Of a stretch of DNA of 64,000 bases, positions 1 to 8,611 are shown in pieces. Positions within the stretch are counted from its first letter, which is position 1. Every line of letters begins with the position of its first letter. The stretch comes from a virus: the IMG/VR virus record IMGVR_UViG_3300044972_000601, positions 44,206-108,205 of that record; one strand, 5' to 3'. A program made the translations under genes and the position numbers. The notes under the pieces are model-generated. The model did no database searches. It worked only from the letters and a program-made list of their open reading frames with translations, and was not told the DNA's origin.

Positions 1-2859
1 TCCAAAGTTAACTAGACCAGTGCCTGTGATGAATGTGATTGGGTTCACATGAATGCTTGCTAGCGTATCACGTTGTCCGTTGTTCAATGCAGTTGCATTA
101 AATTCACCAGTTAGCGGATCAACATAACCCACTGAGCTAACATTAGTAATACCGCCACGGCGTGTTCCTGCTGGAGCAAACCATGGATAAGAGACATTAT
201 CGCTTAGAGCAATTGTACGCAACATCATGTGGCTTGGAGGAACAACAATGTTGTTGCCTAACAAGTCTGTGGTATAACCCCATGGATAGAACACACCAAG
301 ATAAGCATCTGTTGCAATTAATCCGTCATCGCCGTTAACTGTTGCGTTTGCTGTGTTGTTACCCCAGTTGCTTAGTGTAGTAGCATCTGGTGTTAAACGT
401 GCTGGTGTATCGCCAACCACGAATGCAGTTTGTCCACGGTCGTAGTTTAAGCCAACCAATGCTGTAATTGCTTCAGTATAACCTGGGCAAGCCATCAAGT
501 TGAAAATAAGTGATTCTTCATCACGCATGTTTGTGTTGCCGTTGATTTCTGCATTGATTGCAGCAAGTACAACTTGACGTACAGCCTTGCGTCCAAATGA
601 TCCAGCACCATTAACTTGGTTGGCAGCATAGCTAACCCAGCGAGCTGGATAGTAGTCTGTCATCACTTCATCACCAAATCGGATGTTACGTGCAAGAACA
701 TCAACATAAGTTTCTTGATAACGTTTAACGTTAAATCCACTACGACGCAAATTCCATAACAATGTTCCTGATGGATACAATGCAGGATCTGGACAGTCAA
801 AATCTACAAAATCGCTGCCTAACAAGTCAACTATAGGACTAGCGTCAGGACCTTCACCAGTTGTGTTCCAACGTGCGTCTGCAAATAAAACACCATTTTG
901 TGTTGTTTGATCTGCGTTATCAAGTAGTACCCATTTCTTAGTGGTAAAGTTAAATTTATAGATTAATGGGAAGTTTTCTAAATCAGCAGTACTGATCCAC
1001 AAATCTCCGTTTACCAGTGCAGTTCCATCAGACTGTAATGTTGGTCTAGTTGCACTAACAATCGGACCTGTTGGATTACTGCCTGCAATACTGCTATAAC
1101 CCTTCCAAATTGTACCGTTATGCACCATGATATCAACTTCGTCAATCATGGTGTTGTACCACAATGTACCGTCTGTTGGTGTTGATGTAGGTGCAGTGTC
1201 ACTTGATGTAATATCAAAAGACTCTGTCCACAAACTTGCAACACCATCTGCAACACCTGTTGGATCTAGGTAGAAATTAGTAGTTGTACCAGCTGCAAAT
1301 AGTTGATTTATCGGAGCACCAGTTCCGTCGGTGAATTTAATGTCGCCGCCGTCTGTGTGACTAATAACAATTTGATTAGTAGTAGTTCTTGTGGCAGTTA
1401 CTGGAAGACCAGTTAGTTGAGAATGTAACTGATCCAACAATGAATTTACGTTTTGCACAGGATCAGTTCCTGCTGTAAATGTAACAGTGACATTGGTGTA
1501 GGTATTTGATCCTGCACGGCTTACGTCCAATTGGAATGTATTAGTGCCAGCAGTGAAATTACGGGCAGTTGTGATTGCAATCGAAGTTACTATAGTTGGA
1601 CCAACTCCTGAACGTGCATAAATTTTAAAATCTGCTTCGTTGGTTGTTTCGGCATCATTTGTTTTTACATAAACAGTACCGATTGCTAGGCCTAGTCCAC
1701 CTGTTAATGGATCTAATCCGTTAAGGGCCTGGGCTGCTGTTGGGTATAACGAAACTGCTTGCTCTACAAAGGCACCAGTAGTTGCACTGTATTTTTTAAT
1801 AATATAGTCTGCACCTTGATTAGGTTTAGTTGTCTTAACCCAGATTGAACCAGTTGGAGCATTGTCTGCATCGAATGTTGGAACTGAAGTGTGTTTGCTG
1901 ATTTGTAATACAGGAGCGATATAAGTAGTTGAAGATAATCCAACTTTTGCTACAGTAGTGCCACTGATCACAATGTCAACACCACTAGAATAAAGATTTA
2001 AAAATCCGCTAATTGCGGCTGCTTTAACACCACCTGCAGAAATGTTTGCAGCATTGATGGCAGCAGCCAATGCAGTCACTGACTCAACACCAGTTACAGT
2101 AACACTGTTAATAACAATTTCGTCGCCCACTAGCAGAGTGGGACTAACTATGTTTCCAGTGGCAGCAGGCCAACTTGCTTTCCAAGCACCTGTTCCAACT
2201 TTAACCCATGTTCCTGCGGCTGTGTTTGTTAAAACTTTTTTGTAGTACAATCTATTAAGACTTGTAGTTGCTACCAGTGCATACTCGCCGTTGGCACCAA
2301 CTGAAGTTGCAGGATCTCCGTCTGCAACTGCTCCGACTAGTTGATTAACATCAGTGATGATTGTTGGGTAACGAACATTGTCCGTGCCAAATGTGCCAGT
2401 GTCTGCGTTATATTGGTTGACGCCAAATTTGGTGTCCGCAGTAGCAAACCAGTATGTTCCGTCAGCTGGTGCACCAGTAGGTGCTTCTGCTTTGCCTGTC
2501 AGTTGGTCAAGATCTAAATCTGCACGTACCACATACGCACGATTGCTCACCCCTAAGAAGCTGTATGCAGCCTCTAAACCATACTCATTCTGTTCACCAG
2601 CATGGATAGGATTGTTGTTTGAGTCAGTGTAAAATTTGGGTATACCAAATGTATCTGAAAGATCTTTCTGGCTAGTAAGCAAATATATTTTGCCTGCGTT
2701 TGCTGCCAGTGTTCCAGGTGCGGTACCAGTACCTGCACCATTTTGTTTATTTTCTGCGGAAGCAACGACAATTAACGGTACAGTGCCGGGGGCAGCTGGA
2801 GTGTAGAAACTCTCGTCTATTACTGTTACGCTTACGCCTGGTGAACTTAATTGAGCCAT
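1..2859 (-). CDS. gp18: Contractile tail sheath protein (T4 gp18-like), 3' end beyond window start; absent from ORF track
   Basis: Manual translation from ATG at 2859 gives MAQLSSPGVSVTVIDESFYTPAAPGTVPLIV..., a typical sheath N-terminus; WFAPAGTRRG sheath motif near 160-190; GGAG RBS and TATAAATA upstream. Confidence 0.93.
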   Translation of the reverse strand, partial: MAQLSSPGVSVTVIDESFYTPAAPGTVPLIVVASAENKQNGAGTGTAPGTLAANAGKIYLLTSQKDLSDTFGIPKFYTDSNNNPIHAGEQNEYGLEAAYSFLGVSNRAYVVRADLDLDQLTGKAEAPTGAPADGTYWFATADTKFGVNQYNADTGTFGTDNVRYPTIITDVNQLVGAVADGDPATSVGANGEYALVATTSLNRLYYKKVLTNTAAGTWVKVGTGAWKASWPAATGNIVSPTLLVGDEIVINSVTVTGVESVTALAAAINAANISAGGVKAAAISGFLNLYSSGVDIVISGTTVAKVGLSSTTYIAPVLQISKHTSVPTFDADNAPTGSIWVKTTKPNQGADYIIKKYSATTGAFVEQAVSLYPTAAQALNGLDPLTGGLGLAIGTVYVKTNDAETTNEADFKIYARSGVGPTIVTSIAITTARNFTAGTNTFQLDVSRAGSNTYTNVTVTFTAGTDPVQNVNSLLDQLHSQLTGLPVTATRTTTNQIVISHTDGGDIKFTDGTGAPINQLFAAGTTTNFYLDPTGVADGVASLWTESFDITSSDTAPTSTPTDGTLWYNTMIDEVDIMVHNGTIWKGYSSIAGSNPTGPIVSATRPTLQSDGTALVNGDLWISTADLENFPLIYKFNFTTKKWVLLDNADQTTQNGVLFADARWNTTGEGPDASPIVDLLGSDFVDFDCPDPALYPSGTLLWNLRRSGFNVKRYQETYVDVLARNIRFGDEVMTDYYPARWVSYAANQVNGAGSFGRKAVRQVVLAAINAEINGNTNMRDEESLIFNLMACPGYTEAITALVGLNYDRGQTAFVVGDTPARLTPDATTLSNWGNNTANATVNGDDGLIATDAYLGVFYPWGYTTDLLGNNIVVPPSHMMLRTIALSDNVSYPWFAPAGTRRGGITNVSSVGYVDPLTGEFNATALNNGQRDTLASIHVNPITFITGTGLVNFG

Positions 2860-2891
2860 ATGTTTTATCTCCATGAATACATGTTCTAATG

Positions 2892-2899
2892 TATTTATA
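2892..2899 (-). promoter_or_regulatory. T4-type late promoter TATAAATA for tail sheath
   Basis: tatttata on + strand, 33 nt upstream of the sheath ATG. Confidence 0.8.
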
Positions 2900-2960
2900 G
2901 GTTTTTTGGTTTTTCTAGCTGATATAGCGTAATGAAATTGACAAAAAAGGCTTGAAAAGG

Positions 2961-2968
2961 TATAAATA
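2961..2968 (+). promoter_or_regulatory. T4-type late promoter TATAAATA for the HNH gene
   Basis: Exact consensus 23 nt upstream of ATG 2992. Confidence 0.7.
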
Positions 2969-2991
2969 TTTTCACAAAGGTCTTAAAAGGT

Positions 2992-3711
2992 ATGCATCCA
3001 GATTTAATAAAAAACAAATATACAAAATGGTACGCTTTGATTATTGCTAATTGTAAAATGCGTGTTAAGCCAACTGTTTATACAGAGTCTCATCATATTC
3101 TTCCTAGGAGTTTAGGAGGTGCTGATGTTCCTGAAAATTTAGTAATCTTAACTGCAAGGGAGCATTTTGTAGCACACTTGCTATTAGCTAAAATGTACAG
3201 AGGCGATAGTGGAATTAAGATGGCACAGGCTATTAATGCTATGTCTATGCAGGATCGTGACGGAAAACGTACTCGATTAAATTCAAAAAAATATGCTCTT
3301 GCAAAGTCAATAATTAGTAAAATATATCGACAAGCTGGCAAAGAATATAAAAAAGAAAAAACAATACAGGATGAAATCTTATCTGCACATACTGATCTAA
3401 CAAAAGTATTTGATAGGGGATCTTGTAAGATATGCGGAATTCGACCAAAAACTATTAATTATATCAAAGAAGGCAAGACCTTTTATAGATCAACTTGTAC
3501 TATTTGTAGTAAAGGAGATACACGAGAACGGGTTCCAGATTGGATGCGGGATGGCTATAAAAAATTAACAAATTGCGAAATATGTAATTTTAAATCAAAA
3601 TTTACAGAACAATTACTTGTAAATAAAGAAAATAAAAAATACAAAACAATCTGTTTAAACTGTCAAGTGGCTATTAAATTGACTCCGCCGAAGTTAATTC
3701 CCGATTTATAA
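2992..3711 (+). CDS. HNH homing-endonuclease-like protein with C-terminal Cys4 zinc-finger domains
   Basis: ESHHILPRSLGG..ENLV.LTAREHFVAHLLL HNH motif; C-terminal CxxC pairs (CKIC, CTIC, CEIC, CLNC); AT-rich. Confidence 0.8.
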   Translation: MHPDLIKNKYTKWYALIIANCKMRVKPTVYTESHHILPRSLGGADVPENLVILTAREHFVAHLLLAKMYRGDSGIKMAQAINAMSMQDRDGKRTRLNSKKYALAKSIISKIYRQAGKEYKKEKTIQDEILSAHTDLTKVFDRGSCKICGIRPKTINYIKEGKTFYRSTCTICSKGDTRERVPDWMRDGYKKLTNCEICNFKSKFTEQLLVNKENKKYKTICLNCQVAIKLTPPKLIPDL

Positions 3712-4333
3712 GAGGGTATACTTGGGCGTACAAGTCATCAATGTGTCCATTGTTGTCTAATACAGCATCAAACTCAGTACCAACCCATGCAGTTTCACTG
3801 GCATGAATTCCTAATTCTTCTATTTTAGACTTGCTCAATGCCCAGGTCATGTTGCCTCGGTCACCTTTATTCATGCTGATTGCCGCGTCGTACCATTCAG
3901 GTTCAGTGCCTCGGAGAACACGTACAACAATGCCGCCAGCATCTTTAATTGACTTAATTTCGTTAGGAAAGCGGCAATCACTGATAACAACATCGTCTGT
4001 ACTATTACGTAGCTTGTTTTCTAAACTGGCAATCCAAATATCATCGTGAAATGCTCGACGACATACTTCAGTACCCCAGTATTGTAACACCCAACGTGGT
4101 GTGAGATTGGGTATATTCAAGCGTTCTGACCACCAAGGATCTACCTGTTCACGCCATTCACGGGCTTGTTTAGTGCGTCCTTCTAACATAGTACGGTCCC
4201 AGCCGAACACTTGTGCCACTGCATCTTTAAGACTATTGGCAAATGATTCTCGACGAAATCCGTGAAAGTTAGTAAGGTAGTCGGCAATAGTATCTTTGCC
4301 AGAACCAATAAAACCGCAAACGCCTATAATCAT
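3674..4333 (-). CDS. Deoxynucleoside monophosphate kinase (T4 gp1-like)
   Basis: IIGVCGFIGSGKDT P-loop, PRWVLQYWGTEVCR, VISDCRFPNE motifs. Confidence 0.9.
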   Translation of the reverse strand: MIIGVCGFIGSGKDTIADYLTNFHGFRRESFANSLKDAVAQVFGWDRTMLEGRTKQAREWREQVDPWWSERLNIPNLTPRWVLQYWGTEVCRRAFHDDIWIASLENKLRNSTDDVVISDCRFPNEIKSIKDAGGIVVRVLRGTEPEWYDAAISMNKGDRGNMTWALSKSKIEELGIHASETAWVGTEFDAVLDNNGHIDDLYAQVYPLINRELTSAESI

Positions 4334-4355
4334 AGAGCCCCCTAATAATAGCTCT

Positions 4356-4384
4356 ATTATATAACAGTTTTATTACAAAGTCAA
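4356..4384 (-). promoter_or_regulatory. Sigma70-type promoter for dNMP kinase
   Basis: Minus strand TTGACT-17 nt-TATAAT ending 23 nt upstream of the ATG. Confidence 0.7.
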
Positions 4385-4392
4385 TTTATTTG

Positions 4393-5178
4393 TTAGCCAA
4401 TAACAAATGCATAGCCTGTACCACCTGCTATGTAAGTTTCCATTTCTTTGTCAAGATCTTTAAGTTCCGCTGTTCCAGCAGTTAATAATGCTGTACCGTT
4501 TAGTGTGATGGCACTACCTGGCCCTGCAATAGAACCAAACTTACTGCGGGCTTCTCCCAGCATGATTTTACAACTTGCCAGTGTATAGTCTTTGAGCCAT
4601 TGTTTGGCATAGATATCCTGTAGCAATACCCAGTCTGGACGATAGTTCTGACTCTTAATTAAAATTTGTTCGCCTTGTGCAAACGGGCGTTGTAAAATGT
4701 TTAGAATATGACTTGTGGGCTTCCAACTAAATTCAATGAACGATCCAAACATTTTACCCACTAGCTTTTGATAGCCAGCAAATAGTTCATATGTTGCAAG
4801 GCCGCCCATCATACTACCCGACATCAAATAGGTATTTGTATAGGCCAAGTTGAATGGTTCAAACAATGTACCACCTGCACCCATACCACTTCTACTGCCA
4901 ATTGCTCTGCGAAATACACTTTGCACATTGATAATTTCGTCGGGCAAGCGATATTCGTTTTGATCCTGTATTAATTCAAGGAAGCTATAACTTTCCTCCA
5001 CTGCGTTTGGACTGCGTTGTCGAAAGCGATTTAACGCACGATCAAGTCCAGTTTCATAGTGAATAGGGTCAAGCTCTACTTCAATCATGCCATCGCCAAG
5101 CATGGCACGAACATAGTCAAACACTTTGTTTCGTTCCAATAATGAATTAGATTCTGTTGTTGCTGGTAGATCGTCCAT
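4393..5178 (-). CDS. gp13: Neck/head-completion protein (T4 gp13-like)
   Basis: LGDGMIEVELD N-terminus, WLKDYTLA..K..LGEARSKF..I.GP..LNG C-terminus; synteny with gp14/gp15. Confidence 0.8.
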   Translation of the reverse strand: MDDLPATTESNSLLERNKVFDYVRAMLGDGMIEVELDPIHYETGLDRALNRFRQRSPNAVEESYSFLELIQDQNEYRLPDEIINVQSVFRRAIGSRSGMGAGGTLFEPFNLAYTNTYLMSGSMMGGLATYELFAGYQKLVGKMFGSFIEFSWKPTSHILNILQRPFAQGEQILIKSQNYRPDWVLLQDIYAKQWLKDYTLASCKIMLGEARSKFGSIAGPGSAITLNGTALLTAGTAELKDLDKEMETYIAGGTGYAFVIG

Positions 5179-5194
5179 ATAAGTTCTCCATGTA

Positions 5195-5214
5195 TATTTA
5201 GCTGGCGATAAATA
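5195..5214. promoter_or_regulatory. Divergent late promoters (GCTAAATA on -, GATAAATA on +)
   Basis: TAAATA cores back-to-back in the 40-nt gap between gp13- and gp14-like genes. Confidence 0.65.
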
Positions 5215-5218
5215 TCAT

Positions 5219-6622
5219 ATGCCAAGACTATCACTGTATAAACCCGAACGTGGGCAAGATTATAAATTCATGGATCGCCAGATTTCTGAGATGTTTCAGG
5301 TTGGCGGTACAGATGTATACTTGCACAAGTATATGGGTCCAAAATTAAACCCAAACGGTACCGCAGATCAACCTGTAATTGATTCATACAATGTGGCAAA
5401 CATACAGGATTTACTGTTTTTAGAAAACCGTGATAGGAAATACGAAGAAGAAATATACCGTATTCGTGGCATTTATAATGTGCAAAATATCGACTTTAAT
5501 CTAAGTCAGTTTGGCCTGTTCATTGATAACGATACAATTTACATGACTGTGCATATCAACGATTTTATCAAGTATATCGATCGTAAACCTATCAGTGGCG
5601 ATGTGATAGAACTACCGCATTTGAAGGATCAATTTGCACTGAATGATTACGATATTGCCTTGCCACGATATTATGTAATTGAGGATGTGGGCCGTGCCAG
5701 TGAAGGATTTAGCCCAACTTGGTATCCGCATTTGTACAGATTAAAACTTAAGAAAATAACAGATAGCCAGCAGTTTGCTGACATTCTCAACAAACCTGCT
5801 ACAGATGCTAACGGTGATCCAAGTGGTATGACATTGCGTGATTTGCTCAGTACACACAACAAAGAACTGGAAATCAACGATCAAGTTGTTGCACAAGCAG
5901 AAGCAGATGCACCCAAGAGTGGATACGAAACAAGACAGTTTTATACACTTGCAGTTGATTCTACGGGCAAACCAACATTAACAACCGCGGATGAAACTGA
6001 TATATCAGCGGCATCTTCAGTAAGAGCAAGTCAAGTGAATGGTGTTCCGGAGCGTACTGGATATACAGGTTATTTGGTAGGCGACGGTTTTCCAGTTAAC
6101 GGATACGAGTTTGGATTTGGAATACAGTTCCCTATGGCACCAGCACAAAATGATTTCTTTTTGCGTACTGATTTTTTACCCAATAGACTGTTTAGATTTG
6201 ATAGTACTAGATGGATCAAAGTTGAAGATGCAGTACGTATGAATATGACTAATAACGACACAAGACGTACTTTTAAGACTAACTTTATTAACAATACTAA
6301 TCACATGTATACTGATATTGTTGCTACTGATTATGTAAGATTAGAAATTGGAGATACGGTTGTACTTACTAACATTGCGTCCACTGTCACAGCACCGTAT
6401 GTTGTGTTAAAACTTGATACAAACAAATTAGAATATGCACTTGCAGATCATCCAGAGTTAATTTCTATTGCAGGTAGTTTTATACAAATAGCATTGCCAG
6501 TTATTAATCTAACACAAGAAACAATTCCTTACGATGGAGCGTGGACTGTAACGCTATACAATGTACGCGAAGAAGAGAGGCAAAGTCTCTCTAAGGCACT
6601 TAAACCCAAGGCAGATCTATAA
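5219..6622 (+). CDS. gp14: Neck protein (T4 gp14-like) with C-terminal extension
   Basis: LSQFGLF..D..YMTVHIND...GDVIELPH pattern; position between gp13- and gp15-like genes. Confidence 0.65.
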   Translation: MPRLSLYKPERGQDYKFMDRQISEMFQVGGTDVYLHKYMGPKLNPNGTADQPVIDSYNVANIQDLLFLENRDRKYEEEIYRIRGIYNVQNIDFNLSQFGLFIDNDTIYMTVHINDFIKYIDRKPISGDVIELPHLKDQFALNDYDIALPRYYVIEDVGRASEGFSPTWYPHLYRLKLKKITDSQQFADILNKPATDANGDPSGMTLRDLLSTHNKELEINDQVVAQAEADAPKSGYETRQFYTLAVDSTGKPTLTTADETDISAASSVRASQVNGVPERTGYTGYLVGDGFPVNGYEFGFGIQFPMAPAQNDFFLRTDFLPNRLFRFDSTRWIKVEDAVRMNMTNNDTRRTFKTNFINNTNHMYTDIVATDYVRLEIGDTVVLTNIASTVTAPYVVLKLDTNKLEYALADHPELISIAGSFIQIALPVINLTQETIPYDGAWTVTLYNVREEERQSLSKALKPKADL

Positions 6623-8133
6623 TGCAACATTTTTACGATGGTCAAATACGTAGATATCTAACACAAACAATTCGGGTGTTCAGTAATTTTGTAGTCAAAT
6701 ACAGCGACGGTACACTAGTACGTATTCCGGTTATGTATGGTGATGCTGACAGACAAGTTGCCAGTATCATAAGGCAAAATAGTGAAAACAAAGTTAATAG
6801 TGTTCCTAGAATTTCTGTGTATATCGGCGAATTAAGTTTGGATCGTAATAGACTTAGCGATTCAAGTTTTGTAGGAAAAGTACACTTTAGAGAACGTGGA
6901 ATCCAAGTTGACACAGCAACTGGGAATGACACGTATAATCAAAGCCAGGGCCGTAATTATACTGTTGAACGTGTGATGCCAACTCCATTCAAACTGACAA
7001 TGAAAGTAGATATATGGGCCGCCAATACTGACCAGAAATTACAAATCATGGAACAGCTATTGGTGTTGTTTAATCCTAGTTTGGAACTACAAACAACTGA
7101 CAATTACATTGATTGGACCAGTTTAACCACCTTAGAATTAACTGATGTAAAATGGGGCAGTAGAACTGTTCCAGTAGGAACTGATACTCCTATTGACATA
7201 GCTACACTAACAGTAGTAACTCCAATTTGGATTAGTCCGCCTGCTAAAGTCAAACACCTTGGCGTTATTACCAAAATTATCACAAGTTTTTATCAAGATT
7301 CAAACACAAGCCCAAGTGGATACATAGATGGCCTAGGGCAAGATCTTGCTGGCCCAACAATAACATTATCAACAGAGCTGACAAGAATAACCGAAACTAC
7401 CAGCGGTAACTTTGGAATTCAAGTATACGGTGGCGAAGTTAGATTAATGGCTTCGAGTGAAAATGCAATACCTAAAAACAATCTTTTAGAATTGCCGGTT
7501 AAACAAGGGCCAGCTATCAATTGGCTAGTGCTGTTTGAACAATTTCCTCAGCAGTATGTTGCTGGTTCCAGTAGATTGTTTTTAACGCAGCCCAACGGAT
7601 CAAGTGTCATAGGTACTATATTGATCAACCCATTGGATAATACACTACTTAATGTGTCATGGGATACTGATACACTTACTACCAACACCGGCATAGATAG
7701 TAATGGATACTTGGATACTGATATTGGATACAATTTAGGCGGGTGTCACAGAGCCAGTAGTCCGGGCACGTTCGATGCCATCATGGACCCACTGGTTACT
7801 GGGCCCAGTGATGCAAAATTTGTTTCTCGATACGGTGCATTAGCAGCTGGTCGACGTTATTTAATAATAGAAGATATCGGCAGTGTGATCAATACAGACG
7901 GTGCCGATGCTTGGAAAAGCACTGCAAATGTTGATTTTGTGGCACATGCCAACGATATTATCGAATGGAGTGGCACAGCATGGCAAGTAATTTTTAACAG
8001 CATTCAAGAAGCAGACACCATGGTATGGCAGACGAATATATACACTGGAGTTCAGTACGCATGGAACGGAGTTTCCTGGGTCAAGAGCTTTGAAGGTGAA
8101 TATAAGGCCGGCCAATGGATGATAGAACTATAA
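6622..8133 (+). CDS. gp15: Tail sheath stabiliser/terminator (T4 gp15-like) with C-terminal extension
   Basis: MQHFYDGQIRRYL, RIPVMYG, PTPFKL..DIW..N.DQKLQI.EQ...FNP motifs. Confidence 0.8.
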   Translation: MQHFYDGQIRRYLTQTIRVFSNFVVKYSDGTLVRIPVMYGDADRQVASIIRQNSENKVNSVPRISVYIGELSLDRNRLSDSSFVGKVHFRERGIQVDTATGNDTYNQSQGRNYTVERVMPTPFKLTMKVDIWAANTDQKLQIMEQLLVLFNPSLELQTTDNYIDWTSLTTLELTDVKWGSRTVPVGTDTPIDIATLTVVTPIWISPPAKVKHLGVITKIITSFYQDSNTSPSGYIDGLGQDLAGPTITLSTELTRITETTSGNFGIQVYGGEVRLMASSENAIPKNNLLELPVKQGPAINWLVLFEQFPQQYVAGSSRLFLTQPNGSSVIGTILINPLDNTLLNVSWDTDTLTTNTGIDSNGYLDTDIGYNLGGCHRASSPGTFDAIMDPLVTGPSDAKFVSRYGALAAGRRYLIIEDIGSVINTDGADAWKSTANVDFVAHANDIIEWSGTAWQVIFNSIQEADTMVWQTNIYTGVQYAWNGVSWVKSFEGEYKAGQWMIEL

Positions 8134-8564
8134 CAGAAAAAATCATATGCAGTGGTGCATTGTTTTGTGCCAAATCAACTCAAAGATTTTTATTACTACA
8201 AAAAGCACACGGCAAACATGTAGGCACTTGGGGACTAGTGGGCGGTACTAATATATCTGGAGAATCTCCTTGGCAAGGTCTTCAGCGTGAAATTGAAGAA
8301 GAAATAGGAAAAGTTCCTTACATTAATAAAACGCTACCTTTAGAAAAATTCACCAGCAATGACAGTGTGTTTAACTTTCACACGTACTTCTGTGTTGTGG
8401 AAGAAGAATTTATTCCTATTCTAAGTGACGAACACAGTGCCTGGGGCTGGTTCAGCTTGGATCGGCTTCCTAAACCCGTACACCGAGGACTCGATTTAAG
8501 TCTGCGTAATCGAGTCATTCAAACCAAAATACAAACTGTGATAGATTTAATAGATAACTTATAA
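8115..8564 (+). CDS. NUDIX hydrolase
   Basis: NUDIX box GGTNISGESPWQGLQREIEEEIG; EHSAWGW. Confidence 0.9.
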   Translation: MDDRTITEKIICSGALFCAKSTQRFLLLQKAHGKHVGTWGLVGGTNISGESPWQGLQREIEEEIGKVPYINKTLPLEKFTSNDSVFNFHTYFCVVEEEFIPILSDEHSAWGWFSLDRLPKPVHRGLDLSLRNRVIQTKIQTVIDLIDNL

Positions 8565-8597
8565 AACAAAAAAGCCGCATCAAGCGGCTTTTTTGTT
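8565..8597. terminator. Bidirectional intrinsic terminator
   Basis: aacaaaaaagccgc-atcaa-gcggcttttttgtt between convergent genes. Confidence 0.85.
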
Positions 8598-8611
8598 GGG
8601 TACTGTTTGAA

